A stretch of DNA of 63,475 nucleotides, filler included, from Octopus bimaculoides (GCF_001194135.2; 5 parts of 4 records of this genome joined end to end with filler, not necessarily neighbours in it); one strand, 5' to 3'. Positions 10,931-24,384 are shown, counted from the whole stretch's first letter. Made by a program: numbers and translations. Notes: generated from the sequence alone by a model not told the origin.

Positions 10931-11898
10931 TCTTTGTGGAATACATCTTTAATTAGTTTTGGACCATACATCGTTCTATGATGTTTATATATATATATAT
11001 ATATNNNNNNNNNNNNNNNNNNNNNNNNNNNNNNNNNNNNNNNNNNNNNNNNNNNNNNNNNNNNNNNNNNNNNNNNNNNNNNNNNNNNNNNNNNNNNNNN
11101 NNNNNNNNNNNNNNNNNNNNNNNNNNNNNNNNNNNNNNNNNNNNNNNNNNNNNNNNNNNNNNNNNNNNNNNNNNNNNNNNNNNNNNNNNNNNNNNNNNNN
11201 NNNNNNNNNNNNNNNNNNNNNNNNNNNNNNNNNNNNNNNNNNNNNNNNNNNNNNNNNNNNNNNNNNNNNNNNNNNNNNNNNNNNNNNNNNNNNNNNNNNN
11301 NNNNNNNNNNNNNNNNNNNNNNNNNNNNNNNNNNNNNNNNNNNNNNNNNNNNNNNNNNNNNNNNNNNNNNNNNNNNNNNNNNNNNNNNNNNNNNNNNNNN
11401 NNNNNNNNNNNNNNNNNNNNNNNNNNNNNNNNNNNNNNNNNNNNNNNNNNNNNNNNNNNNNNNNNNNNNNNNNNNNNNNNNNNNNNNNNNNNNNNNNNNN
11501 NNNNNNNNNNNNNNNNNNNNNNNNNNNNNNNNNNNNNNNNNNNNNNNNNNNNNNNNNNNNNNNNNNNNNNNNNNNNNNNNNNNNNNNNNNNNNNNNNNNN
11601 NNNNNNNNNNNNNNNNNNNNNNNNNNNNNNNNNNNNNNNNNNNNNNNNNNNNNNNNNNNNNNNNNNNNNNNNNNNNNNNNNNNNNNNNNNNNNNNNNNNN
11701 NNNNNNNNNNNNNNNNNNNNNNNNNNNNNNNNNNNNNNNNNNNNNNNNNNNNNNNNNNNNNNNNNNNNNNNNNNNNNNNNNNNNNNNNNNNNNNNNNNNN
11801 NNNNNNNNNNNNNNNNNNNNNNNNNNNNNNNNNNNNNNNNNNNNNNNNNNNNNNNNNNNNNNNNNNNNNNNNNNNNNNNNNNNNNNNNNNNNNNNNNN

Positions 11899-11950
<52 letters not shown>

Positions 11951-12078
11951 TATGAGTGTGTGTCTGTGCACGCATATATATGCTTATATGCATGTATGTG
12001 TGTGTATATATATATATAATATCTTTTCTTTTGCTTTTTCCAATCATTAGACAGTGTCCATGCTGGGACATCACTTTG

Positions 12079-12410
12079 AAGAATTTTAGTCGAAAGAATC
12101 GACCTCAGTACTGAAAGACTGATAGTTATTCCATCGGTCTTCTTTGTCGAACAGCTAGGCTACTGGGACATAGATACACCAGTACCAGTTGTCAAATGGT
12201 GGTGGTGGGTGACATACACAGACACAGACAGACACGCGGGCGCGCACACACAGACAGACACACACATACACACAAACACACACACACACACAATGGGTTT
12301 CTTTCAGCTTCCGTCTACCAAATCCACTCACAAGGCTTTGGTAGGCCCGAGTCTATAGTAGAAGACACTTATCCAAGGTGTCATGAAGTGGGACTGGAGT
12401 CGTGAGACAA
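12079..12410 (-). mobile_element. SINE family B, partial
   Basis: ctttcagcttccgtctaccaaatccactcacaaggctttggtaggcccgag...gaagacacttatccaagg matches other B copies. Confidence 0.8.
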
Positions 12411-12469
12411 GAGTTTCAAATCGAATCATCTGCTTAAAGAGAATTTGCCAAACAGTGGGCTGGGATTAG

Positions 12470-12720
12470 ACGAAAAAGATAGTTAGAATACGCACCATGT
12501 TTACTGAACTTCACTCTACTAGATTTTTCCTTCGGGCTACTTAAAAGATACTCTGCGGTGCAAAAGTGGTAGCAGCCGACAAATTGAGGGCAGCTATTGA
12601 ACGTGGATTTTGCACAGATATCGAAATAATTATTTCTTGACGTATGCAAATCGATTGTTTTGTGCTGTCAGCGGTTCCTAGACAAGGAAGGTCATCAATT
12701 TGCAAACAAACATTCATAAA
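12470..12720 (+). pseudogene. Tc1/mariner-superfamily transposase C-terminal relic
   Basis: Frameshifted APCLLNFTLLDF.FG.YLKD...LRAAIERGFAQIS.*LFLDVCKSI...CQRFLDKEGHQF resembles the SPDLTPLDFFLWGYLKD...L..AI...C...G..FE terminus. Confidence 0.5.
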
Positions 12721-13468
12721 AATAAAAAATAAAAATTCTGTCCATAGATTTTAGTATATTTTGAAAATGAGATGAATCAACAGTTGATTAACAGCCCAGT
12801 CAAGATGGTATTTCTTCATCTCCTACTCTTGTNNNNNNNNNNNNNNNNNNNNNNNNNNNNNNNNNNNNNNNNNNNNNNNNNNNNNNNNNNNNNNNNNNNN
12901 NNNNNNNNNNNNNNNNNNNNNNNNNNNNNNNNCCCCCCCTCTCTCTATATATATATTTACCTATGTGTATGTGTGTGTGTGTGTTTGATATTAACAATAT
13001 ATGTGTGTGCAGGGAAACAGATAGAGATATAGTTATATAGTAACAGAAAGAGAGAGAGAGAGAGAGACAGAGAGAAAGAGAGAGATGGGGAGAGGGAGAG
13101 ATAGATAGATAGAGAGAGACAGTGTGTGTGTGTAGGTTGTCTTTCTGCAAAGTTGCTGTTTATAAATAGATACTTGAATCAACATGTACGAAACGTATAT
13201 TATGAGAAGAAACACTAATACGTTGATAAAGAAGACACACTCGTCTCACGCGATAATTTTAACGGCTTCTTTTTTTGACTTAATTTCTCTTCCTGTTTCA
13301 CCAATTTTAAAATTTCTTTTTATAGAATGAAGTGTGCGTGTGTGTGTGTGTATTTCTCTTCCCCACCTCTCTCTCTCTCTGTTTTTCTCAATATATTTAT
13401 ATTATTTTCATATATAGAAATATATCTACTTGTGGGTGGAAGTGTCAGTATATATATATATATGTATG

Positions 13469-13505
<37 letters not shown>

Positions 13506-14399
13506 NNNNNNNNNNNNNNNNNNNNNNNNNNNNNNNNNNNNNNNNNNNNNNNNNNNNNNNNNNNNNNNNNNNNNNNNNNNNNNNNNNNNNNNNNNNNNNN
13601 NNNNNNNNNNNNNNNNNNNNNNNNNNNNNNNNNNNNNNNNNNNNNNNNNNNNNNNNNNNNNNNNNNNNNNNNNNNNNNNNNNNNNNNNNNNNNNNNNNNN
13701 NNNNNNNNNNNNNNNNNNNNNNNNNNNNNNNNNNNNNNNNNNNNNNNNNNNNNNNNNNNNNNNNNNNNNNNNNNNNNNNNNNNNNNNNNNNNNNNNNNNN
13801 NNNNNNNNNNNNNNNNNNNNNNNNNNNNNNNNNNNNNNNNNNNNNNNNNNNNNNNNNNNNNNNNNNNNNNNNNNNNNNNNNNNNNNNNNNNNNNNNNNNN
13901 NNNNNNNNNNNNNNNNNNNNNNNNNNNNNNNNNNNNNNNNNNNNNNNNNNNNNNNNNNNNNNNNNNNNNNNNNNNNNNNNNNNNNNNNNNNNNNNNNNNN
14001 NNNNNNNNNNNNNNNNNNNNNNNNNNNNNNNNNNNNNNNNNNNNNNCTCTCTCTCTCTCTCTCTATTTATCTCAATCTATTTATTTCTCTACATATGTAG
14101 GTGTGTATGTACACAGACAGACACACATAAATATACATACCCATGTGAGTGTGTATGTATGTGTACGCAAGTTGTGTACACATTTGCTGTAGATAACCTT
14201 CCGCAAGCTACTAAGTGCGGTAATAAAAACATTTAAATTTATAATAATATTTACATTTATAAATTAAAAATAAATATTTATTTCGTTTTGATTAAAAACA
14301 TTTGATATTTCCGGCACATCATAATCGTATGACATAATTATATTTAGACCTTCTTTTAAAATATTTTATACGGTGTAGTTGCCTCCATTTAGAATATTT

Positions 14400-14910
14400 A
14401 TAAGATATATTTATCATATCGTATTTCTATGACATGTAATAACCATAATCTTATGACCTAATTAACAGACCATTGTGTACAACGTTGTAGTTGAGCAATT
14501 TTAGGATATGGCATTTTATAGATTTAGCACAAATTTATGACAAATTATAATCATATGACCTAGCATAGATATATAATATAATTAGTAGATATTCGTATAA
14601 AATCATTTGTTGCGTACTTTTAGGATATGATATTGCTATATTTACCATATCATAGTCATGCAATATATCAATTCAATGACATGATCATATGAAATGATCC
14701 TAGAGCTTCGTATTTCGTCGCACCCTTTTAGGATATATTTCCTATATATTTATCATGTCACAGACATATGACTTATCATAATCATATGGCCTGTCTTAGT
14801 TGTATGGCATAATTAGTAGATTTCGTTTAAACGGTATTTCTGCATTTCATGTATGTTCATCATATCATAGACATATGACGTATCATAATCATATGACCTG
14901 CCATAGTTAT
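14400..14910. repeat. Cryptic AT-rich satellite, period about 110-120 bp
   Basis: ttttaggatat recurs near 14499, 14617 and 14726; ataatc(a/t)tatg(a/g)cct recurs near 14446, 14547, 14778 and 14886. Confidence 0.65.
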
Positions 14911-15189
14911 ATGTCGTAAGTGGCTGCGTTCCTTACAAAATGTCTTGGTGTACCTGTTTACATTTTACAGTGAGTTGGAATCAATCCGATACTGAGTCTA
15001 TCATCTATGATCTAGTCTAGCGCTGGTCTGCCCATGGGCAGGTCCTGTGGATGTGAACTTTCTACAGCACTCTCTATATGATCTAGAGACGGCCCTACCC
15101 TCCCCTACCACCGTTCAGTAGATTACTGGGACTTCGGCTATAATGGCTAGACCTGGGATGACTGCTGGAGTGGTTTCTTGTTGTCTTCT

Positions 15190-15410
15190 GGGGGCAGGTG
15201 GGATTTGAACTCAGAATGTAGAGAGCCGGAAGATATACCATAAAGTATCTCTGTCGACGTGCCAACGATTCTGCCACTTCCCCCATCCAACAGAGCAACG
15301 GTAAATGAAGTGTTTTGCTCAGGAACCAACGCATCACCCGATCTGGGAACCGAAACCACGATCTAGCGATCGTGAGTCCAACACCCTAACCACTAGGTCA
15401 CGCGCCTACA
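15190..15410 (-). mobile_element. Composite of a SINE C head (about 15410-15290) followed directly by a SINE A head (about 15285-15195)
   Basis: Minus strand gtaggcgcgtgacctagtggttagggtgttggactcacgatcgctagatcgtggtttcggttccc resembles 35797; then ggcagaatcgttggcacgtcg...ttctgagttcaaatcccacc matches family A. Confidence 0.65.
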
Positions 15411-16797
15411 CTGTCATTTATCCAACGTTTATTAAAAGCAAGAATGCATGGTTTACATCGTAACTGGGATCAAGAATCGATTCTTCTGCTGAACTGACAC
15501 CTTATTTTATCGATTCCAGAAGAGGGAATGACAAAGCTGACTTCAGTGAAATTTGAACCCAGGATTGCTATTAGATAATCATCATAGTAAAATACATACA
15601 CGCTGACATAGCTTTGTGTTTATGGAGTTCGTTCTTCAATCACATGATTCCACATTTGATCCGACTGCGAAGTGCCTTGAACAAAATGTTTTCTTCCATA
15701 GTGAATGGTGGACAGAAAAATATACGGAAGCCCATCCGCAGAACTTTTCCCGTATTTGGGTTGTAGAATTAACCAGTTGCCTGATTTAATACCGTCATAT
15801 GAACACTTGGGTGTCTTTAGGGGAGTTTACTCTGTCACAAGCATTCGGGTCTGATTGGTCCCCAGCTCTGAGTATGACTTACTCGCTCTTATCCTTATCC
15901 TCTCACCTCCAGTAACAGAGGGGGTCACGTGTGCTGCTTTTCTTCTTATTAAGTCATTAAAATACCACCCCTATTCCAAGAAAACAAATAGAAACACAGA
16001 AATACAAAGATACGCACACACATACTTTCACGCACACGCGAACACATTTCCACGCACACACAGACGCGCATAGAGATACATACAGTTAATTATTAATGAG
16101 CTTAGATTCACGTTCTGTGACACGTTTCTTCCGTGGAAGACTGCAGTCATAAAACTGACACGTGACAACATATTAGATTATCGTGGGAAATAGAAGAAGT
16201 CATTTCCTAAAAAGATTCAGTTAAATTTGCTTACAACAAGAAACGAGAAGCCAATCTAAAAGGAAATGCAAACAAGCTTTAAATAACATTTGATATCTAA
16301 ATGAAATTTATAAGACAGATGCCGTNNNNNNNNNNNNNNNNNNNNNNNNNNNNNNNNNNNNNNNNNNNNNNNNNNNNNNNNNNNNNNNNNNNNNNNNNNN
16401 NNNNNNNNNNNNNNNNNNNNNNNNNNNNNNNNNNNNNNNNNNNNNNNNNNNNNNNNNNNNNNNNNNNNNNNNNNNNNNNNNNNNNNNNNNNNNNNNNNNN
16501 NNNNNNNNNNNNNNNNNNNNNNNNNNNNNNNNNNNNNNNNNNNNNNNNNNNNNNNNNNNNNNNNNNNNNNNNNNNNNNNNNNNNNNNNNNNNNNNNNNNN
16601 NNNNNNNNNNNNNNNNNNNNNNNNNNNNNNNNNNNNNNNNNNNNNNNNNNNNNNNNNNNNNNNNNNNNNNNNNNNNNNNNNNNNNNNNNNNNNNNNNNNN
16701 NNNNNNNNNNNNNNNNNNNNNNNNNNNNNNNNNNNNNNNNNNNNNNNNNNNNNNNNNNNNNNNNNNNNNNNNNNNNNNNNNNNNNNNNNNNNNNNNN

Positions 16798-16856
<59 letters not shown>

Positions 16857-17642
16857 AAAGGAAAGTTAACTGTGTTTAATGAAGTCACTCCCAGAGATTG
16901 AAAGCATTTTTCTTTAAACCCAATGAATTCAAACTCAAAGCAACAAGTATATAAAGGTAATATTTCCTTGTCAGCTACACCAGCCTAGTGGGAGTAAGTG
17001 ACTTCACGTATGATGCACGAAGACTTCCTGTCTCGTCCACCTTTTCATTGTGATCTTAGTAATTGCATAGTCGTGGTCAACTTCATACTGAATTGTTTTG
17101 TGAAACTGAGTTAGTAATAAGCCTTATTTGAAACTGTAAGTCCATCAGTGCTTGCGTTAATTTTACAGACTTTCTTTTTATCATTGAGACTTGATAAGTG
17201 ATACAGTGATCGTATTCATTGCTACTCTGTTAAGCCGACTGCACACTGCTTGAGACAAAACGATCTTAGACAAGACACTATCAATCAGCGCCCGAAACCA
17301 TGTTCTTGGAATCTTAGTCACAACTTCAACAATTGTCATTATTTTGTGAGATAGGAAACCATAAATATTTAATATTATTTCTGCAGCAATTAGGTAATGA
17401 TAAATAATAATACTAAACACAGAAAAAAAATGAAAGCTAATCTAGATGTTATTCAGTCTCGGATGGTAGTAACAATTGCTAAAGTTAAAACCAAAAACAT
17501 GGTTTTGGATGCAAGTTTATCATGTCTTGTCTAAGACTGTTTTATTTGGGTCAGTGTGTGGCCGGCTTTACTAATACATTATTAAACTTTTATTTTTTAA
17601 ATGGTTTTTCAGAATAAATACAATTCTTTTTAACCCATAATT

Positions 17643-19239
17643 ATGTCAAAAAAATTAAAACGAACTTAGAAAGAAGAAAACAGGATCTTCAATGAAGAAT
17701 GGAAATTGTAATATTTTTTAGTAAATAATGGAGGCAAAATGTCTTGCTTGTTTTGTGATACCGCAATTGTAACGGTTAAGAAATTCAATGTACAGCAACA
17801 TTAGGCTCTTCATAAAGACAATAAATATGCCAATATTAGAGGTTGAGTCTCGAAAGATTGCATTGTGGAAATTGAAAGATAGAAAACAAGAGCAAAAACA
17901 ATTTTTCCAATCTGTGTTGCATCAAGGCAGAAGCCAGCTATAAATTGCATATTTGCTTGGAAAAAAAGGTAAGCCATTCAGCGATGCAGAACTCATAAAA
18001 GAATGTATTTTAGAAGTGGTAGGATGTTTAGATCCCGATAAAATCAACAAATATAAAAAGGTGCTTCTTTCAAGAAGGACTAATACAGATCGATAGCATG
18101 AATTGGCCTGTAATGTAACAGAATAGTTGGAAAAATATAATCCAAAAAGAAAATGTATATTGCTCAGTAGCTTTGGATGAATCGACAGATTCCACTGATT
18201 CAGCACAAGTATTGTATTTCATTTGTGCTATAACTGATGATTTTCAATTATATGAAGAATTATTTGCTTTAGGAAGGATGCGAGAGATAGATATTTTTAA
18301 CAACTTCAAAGAGCAATGTCATAAAGTAGGACTAAATTTTACTAATTTGGTAAGTATGTGCACGGATGGTGCTCCAGCTATGATGGCTGAAAATGAAGGA
18401 TTTGTTGCACATCTTAAAAGAGTAACCAAAGAATCAAATGTACTGATTTCTTTTCATTGTATTTTACACCGGCAAAATCTCTGTGAAAAATCTGCCATTT
18501 TAAATGACACTTTGCAGAAGGTTATAAGTATTTTAAACTATATTCGAGTAAATGCCCTGAAGCATCGTCAATTCGAAATATGCTGATGATGGATGACGAA
18601 GTAATTAGTGTGGATTTGCCTTATCACTAAAAAGTACGTTGGTTGTCGCAAATGAAAGTATTGGTCAAAATTTTGTCTTTACGAAGGCAAATAATTGACT
18701 TTTTCAAAGAAAACAACAAACATTGTGATTTATCAGATCCAAATTTTTACAGAGATGTCGCATTCGTATGTGATGTGATGTCAAAACAAAATAAGTTAAA
18801 CATTTCGTTGCAAGGCAAAAATAAATGTATTTATGATATGTGGCAAAAAATTTGGGCATTTAAAAAAAATTGTCGTTCTTCAAGTTCCTTTTGGCTCAAT
18901 CAGAACTTTCAGAAGAACACTTTTCTCAGCTTATGAAGGTAATGAGTGAAAATGAAGAAGATATCTATGAATCTTTTGAAGAATATGAGTCAGTTTTAGA
19001 CTCATTAATAGAAGAATATGATAAAAGATTCAAGGATTTTGAAAAACATAACATCATTCTGAACCTTTCCCGAAGAGTTACAAAGGGATCTTATTGAATT
19101 ATCTGAAGATAATATTCTGAAATCTCTGTTTGACAAGAGGGAAAATCCGATCGAAATTTGGAAAAATGCGGTAGAAAATCCTCGTTTTCGTGAACATGCA
19201 CGCCGACTAATTTCCTGTTTCTCTTCAACACACTGTCGT
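17643..19239 (+). pseudogene. hAT transposase relic (Buster/SPIN/GTF2IRD2-like group), truncated by a gap
   Basis: MSKKLKRT..ENRIFNEEW...CLFC...KKFNVQQH (BED-like), ALDESTDSTDSAQVLYFI, LVSMCTDGAPAM, FHCILHRQNLC, RW-like RWLS, FVCDVMSKQNKLNISLQGK, RLISCFSST. Many stops and frameshifts. Confidence 0.9.
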
Positions 19240-19339
19240 NNNNNNNNNNNNNNNNNNNNNNNNNNNNNNNNNNNNNNNNNNNNTTAATTAATTAANNNNN
19301 NNNNNNNNNNNNNNNNNNNNNNNNNNNNNNNNNNNNNNN

Positions 19340-19568
19340 AAATCTATTTCTTTATTGCCCACAGGGGGCTAAACACAGAAGGGACAAACAAGGACAGAAA
19401 AACAGATTAAGTTGATTACATCGACCCCAGTGCATAACTGGTACTTATTTGATCGACCCCGAAAGGATGAAAGGCTAAGTCGACCTCGGCGGAATTTGAA
19501 CTCAGAACGTAACGGCAGACGAAATACCACTAAGCATTTTGCCCGGCGTGCTAACGATTCTGCCAGCT
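19340..19568 (-). mobile_element. tRNA-headed SINE family A, subfamily A2 (tail ...gcccctgtgggcaataaagaaata)
   Basis: Aligns with 23716-23948 and 41210-41436; B-box-like gagttcaaattccgcc on the minus strand. Confidence 0.88.
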
Positions 19569-19999
19569 TAAATGAATTTCCGTCTATCAGTGTGGCACAC
19601 TTTGACTCCCTTTTTCACTATTCAATGACACTTTCACTATTCCTCGTGATGGGGTGAGAGTAATAGCAAGCAGAGAGACGGTAGTAGATTGACGGTTGTG
19701 ATGGTAATAGTAATAATATGAGCTCTAGTTGTGATAGAGGCGGAGGCGACAGTGATGATGGTGGTGGTCAGTTAGGGATGACAGTGATAGTTACGCCCTC
19801 TTAGCATTTTACCCAGCGTGCTATCGATTCTGCCAGTTCGCCGCCTAATCATTGTTTTATGACAGCGGTGGAGGGGAATGCGGTGAAGTCAAAGGTATTG
19901 ATAGTGGTGGCGTCAGAAGTCTGAATGGTGTGTGTGTGTGTGTGGTGGCGATGGCGGGGTACTGGCGATGGTGATGGTTGAAAACAATCAAAAGAAAGG

Positions 20000-20125
<126 letters not shown>

Positions 20126-20224
20126 AAGAGGTTAGACAGGAAAAAAATTGTACTGACCCCCGAATGGGAAGACAAAAAAATGTTGTTTATCATGAAGCTT
20201 TGCAACAAGTTCCAAGGGAGGCTT

Positions 20225-20478
20225 TTAAGCTAGTATATATATGTATATGTATATATCTATGTGTGTGTGTCTTTGTGTCTGTGTTTGACCCCCCATCAAC
20301 GCTTGACAGCCGGTGTTGGTGTGTTTACGTCCCCATAATTAGCGGTTCGGCAAAATGAATAAATACTAGGCTTAAGAAATAAGTACTAGGGTCGATTTGT
20401 TCGACTAAAAGCTTTCAAGGTGGTGCTCCAGCATGGCCACAGTCGAGTGACTGAAACAAGTACAAGAATAAAAGAGTA
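20225..20478 (+). mobile_element. SINE family B, 3' half
   Basis: gtttacgtccccataattagcggttcggcaaaa...ggtgctccagcatggccacagtc...gactgaaacaag matches the 3' half of 38299-38696. Confidence 0.82.
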
Positions 20479-20537
20479 CATAGCAACACGATTTCAGTCA
20501 TAGTGTTACAAGGAAAGTTTTTTATAATATCTTTTAC

Positions 20538-20700
20538 ATGTTTCATTCACTGGACCGCGGCCCATGCTGGAGCACCGGCCTCGAAAGGGTTTTTTAGTCG
20601 AAGTAACTCGACCTCGGTATTTATTTTTGTTAAGTCTGGTACTTGTTTTATCGAACACCTTTTACCGAACCGGTAGGTTACGGGGACGTAAAAAGACCAA
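20538..20700 (-). mobile_element. SINE family B, 3' part, inverted relative to 20225-20478
   Basis: ccatgctggagcacc...ttagtcgaagtaactcgacc...ccgaaccggtaggttacggggacgtaaa. Confidence 0.8.
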
Positions 20701-21061
20701 AACCACACGCGCGCGCACACGCACACACATACACAGGCACAAGGACACACAAACACATATACATACACACACACACACAGCATACTCTCATGCACACAAT
20801 ATGCTCACATACACAGACATACACAGCATACTCTCACGCACACAGTATGCTCACATACACACACACACAAACACACACACAGCGTACTTACGTACATACA
20901 CGAACAGTGTGCTCTCATACATACAGCATGCACACATATACACACTCAACCTGCTCTCTCGTCCTCTCTTTTATACACTCAAACACACACATCTACGCAG
21001 GAGTCAAACTTATTCAATTTATTCAAACTTAAAAATTAATTAATGAATTAATTGTGATTTT

Positions 21062-21262
21062 TAATAGAGACATAAGGCCACACATCATGGGCGGGATGTA
21101 CGGTTAGTTAAATCGACACAAGTACTTGACTATTGCTTATTTTATTAGCCCTGGGAGGAAAGCTACAAAGACGGTTTCATTGCGGGATTTACTTGAAGTG
21201 CAAAGGGACGTAACCAAAGACCCCGAGGTATTTTATCCGCCTCATTACCGATTCTGCCCATT
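21062..21262 (-). mobile_element. Old, degenerate SINE family A copy
   Basis: cataaggcc...aatcgacacaagtacttgact...ttatttta...ccgattctgcc follows the order of A-family blocks. Confidence 0.5.
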
Positions 21263-23512
21263 AATTAATACTAATCGCTAACTTAAGCATAAGATCTCAA
21301 AAGTGTTTTTGATGAGAAGAAGTAGAGTTGGTTAAGATCGTGCCAAAGTCTTGGCATATTTTTTTAACGACTTTACAAAGGTTAAATGTCAAACAACTGC
21401 AGCGGGATTTGAACTAAAAGCGTTAAGTCAATGCAACTAAATAAAAAGAAAAGTATTCTATCTACCAGCTGGAGCTGTTGAAATTCCATGGTTGATAAGA
21501 CTTCACATATCTAGAAAACAGAATAATACAAAAATTAGTCATATATTATAGTAAAATCTGCCTATAACAACAAATTCACAGTAAAATTTGCTTGAGTTAT
21601 TGCCTAAGTTATTGCCAAGTTTTCACATTTTTAGTCTTGACCCAATACCTATTTTTTTACATAATGAATTTGCCTACCATACATACTATTCTACTTTGCA
21701 TAAAACTTTAGCTATATTGGTACTTTTGGTTCTCATTTTCAAAGTATTCTAGTGTATCACTATTTTAACACAATGATGGTACCTTTTTTAATTATAACGT
21801 TACTTTGTAAATTAAAATTTAATAATTTTTAATATTCAAATTTTATCCTTAGATGCAATATTTTAAGTATGTTCTCTACTTTACCAGATGTAATAACTTG
21901 TGCTGCACTTTTCCGGGTTTATAATCATAAGAATATTATTTCTCTTGCTCGCATTTTCCATGCAATCCATGTTATTTTCCAGGCTATGCTATTATGCTAA
22001 TTAATAATGTGTCAAATGTGTCAATTAGCAGTGTCGTTGATAATTTTTTCCTTACCTCAATGATGCCGGTGATATATATTAAAAGTCCCCTAGAACTATA
22101 TTCATAAAAAAAGTATAGAACTATTATCAACCTCAAATTTGAGAAAGAAACGCACATAACTTTCTATATTTTAAAACTTCATTACATGAGATTGATACCA
22201 TGAAATTCCCCAAGCTTAATTAAAATCTAGTTTATTTTTAAAATAAAAAAGTGAATTATACTTAAATCCAATTTTTTGCCTTACTTAAATATTTTTTCAT
22301 GATATTTTACCTCAACTTTTTTGATACAAATTTTTGTTGCATGAAACCAAAACTATGAAATTTTTCATGCTTTCTTCTATCATTGAAGCTAAGATGAATA
22401 TATTTTGCTTTTAAAATAAGAAAGTTATTTAGATCGAAACTTGATTGGTGGCGTTACTTACTCTCCTATAACGTTGCTACAAATTTTGATTTAAACTTTT
22501 TTCTACAGGATTAAATTTCAATTTTCTATGCCAAAATGTAGTTAGAGACCAGTTCTCTTCAAAAATGTTAACAGTTTTCAATTTGGGTAAGAACTGAATT
22601 AGCGACAAGCTCTGAAAGATGCTGCGCATGTGAGTAAATTACGGCCTTAAGAATATTATTCAACTACTGTCGTACTTGAATGATTTAGCTACTACCGTAG
22701 TTGAATGATGCATACATACATACATACATAGTGATTGCACCATCTTCACAGATGATTGTCACTCCTTGTGCTTCCCCATTGTCAATCGCATAGCTGACTT
22801 TCCTTCTGTGACCCCTCAGAAAATTATTCAATCCCGTTGCAGATCTGTGGCAAACGAAAATTTGCAATTTACTGTGTGCTTTCAACTGGTTCGTTTTGCA
22901 AACGTTTCTACTCTTCCATCGTCAGAGGACTTTCAGTAGATGGAATGACAAATGAGGTCACCCTAATGAGACTTCTGTACATCATTGGTTTGTGATAATA
23001 AAAGCTCGTATAACACAAGTACCACTCTCTGAGTCACCGTGATAAGTACCCTGTGACAGGCCGAAGCGAGATGACCAGCAATCACATGACACCGTCGGTT
23101 TTACATCAGAGTACTCCTCTCCTAGAAGAATAATGTGACAACAGTTAGGGGTCCATCACTCCTAGTGATTTTACTGAGCGCCTTGAAACGTAGTTAGGGT
23201 ATTTCTGTGTCCTCGCGGTTAGATGAAGTGTCATCACTTTTGCTAGTTATCCCACAGCTGGGACCCGACCTTGATATGTGTTGCTACTCCGGGTCAGATT
23301 AGATCTTGGAACAATCGCGGCTAAGGCGTGGTTCCACACCCTTCAAAACTCTGGAACTCTCGAACGAGGATGCAGCTTAAAATCATAGCCCCGACACGCA
23401 CGCACACACACATGCATACACACATGCATGCATACACACACGCGCACACACGAGCACTCACACACACACACGCGCGCAAGCGGGGATGAAGAACTTGACA
23501 GATAGATACATA

Positions 23513-23715
23513 GAGAGAATCTTTTCTACTCTAGGCACAAGTCCCGAAATTTTTGAGGTGGGGGCTAGTCGGTTACATCGACCCCAGTACACATCTGGTA
23601 CTTAATCTATCGACCCCGAAAAGATGAAAAGCAAAGTCGACCTCGGCGGAACTTGAACTCAGAACGTAAAGACAGACGAAATACCGCTAAGCATTTCACC
23701 CGGTGTGCTAACGTT
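23513..23715 (-). mobile_element. SINE family A, subfamily A1 (tail ...gtgcctagagtagaaaag)
   Basis: Near-consensus match to 45768-46430 copies; the 5'-most bases are missing. Confidence 0.88.
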
Positions 23716-23948
23716 TTTTATTTCTTTATTGCCCACAAGGGGCTAAACATAGAGGGGACAAACAAGGACAGACAAAGGAATTAAGTCGATTACATCGACC
23801 ACAGTACGTAACTGGTACTTAATTTATCGACCCCGAAAGGATGAAAGGCGAAGTCGACCTCGGCGGATTTTGAACTCAGAACGTAAAGACAGACGAAATA
23901 CCGCTAAGCATTTCGCCCGGCGTGCTAACCACTCTGCCAGCTCGCCGT
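23716..23948 (-). mobile_element. SINE A2, abutting the A1 copy
   Basis: Complete from head (gacggcgagctggcagagtggttagcacgccgggcg) to A2 tail. Confidence 0.9.
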
Positions 23949-24384
23949 CTTGCACATACATAGAGAGAATGAGAAAGAAAGAAAACCAAGTGCAAGACAT
24001 TACTTTGACGTCATCATCAATAATCATGAAGTGCTCCTCAACAACCACCTGTGATGGGAATTGCTATACAATTGCGTGTATTATCTGTGCTGACACGTCA
24101 AGTGGAATTTGCTCGACAGTTCAACAAATGACCACCAATCTGTAATGTTTATAATGTCGAAAATTTTCGATCAGCCAATCATATTGGCATTATTCTTCTT
24201 GCTTGTTATTTTGTTTTATATTTTAAAACACCCTTAGAGGGAGTTTTTGTCAACTCATTGTTCGAATAATAGCAGATGATCGAAGATTTTATTATTCATT
24301 ATATGCATTATATATGTGAGATTCCATAAGTTTTGTATTTGGTGTGTAGAATGTTCGGTTGAGGTTATTTTTTCTCATCCATAT

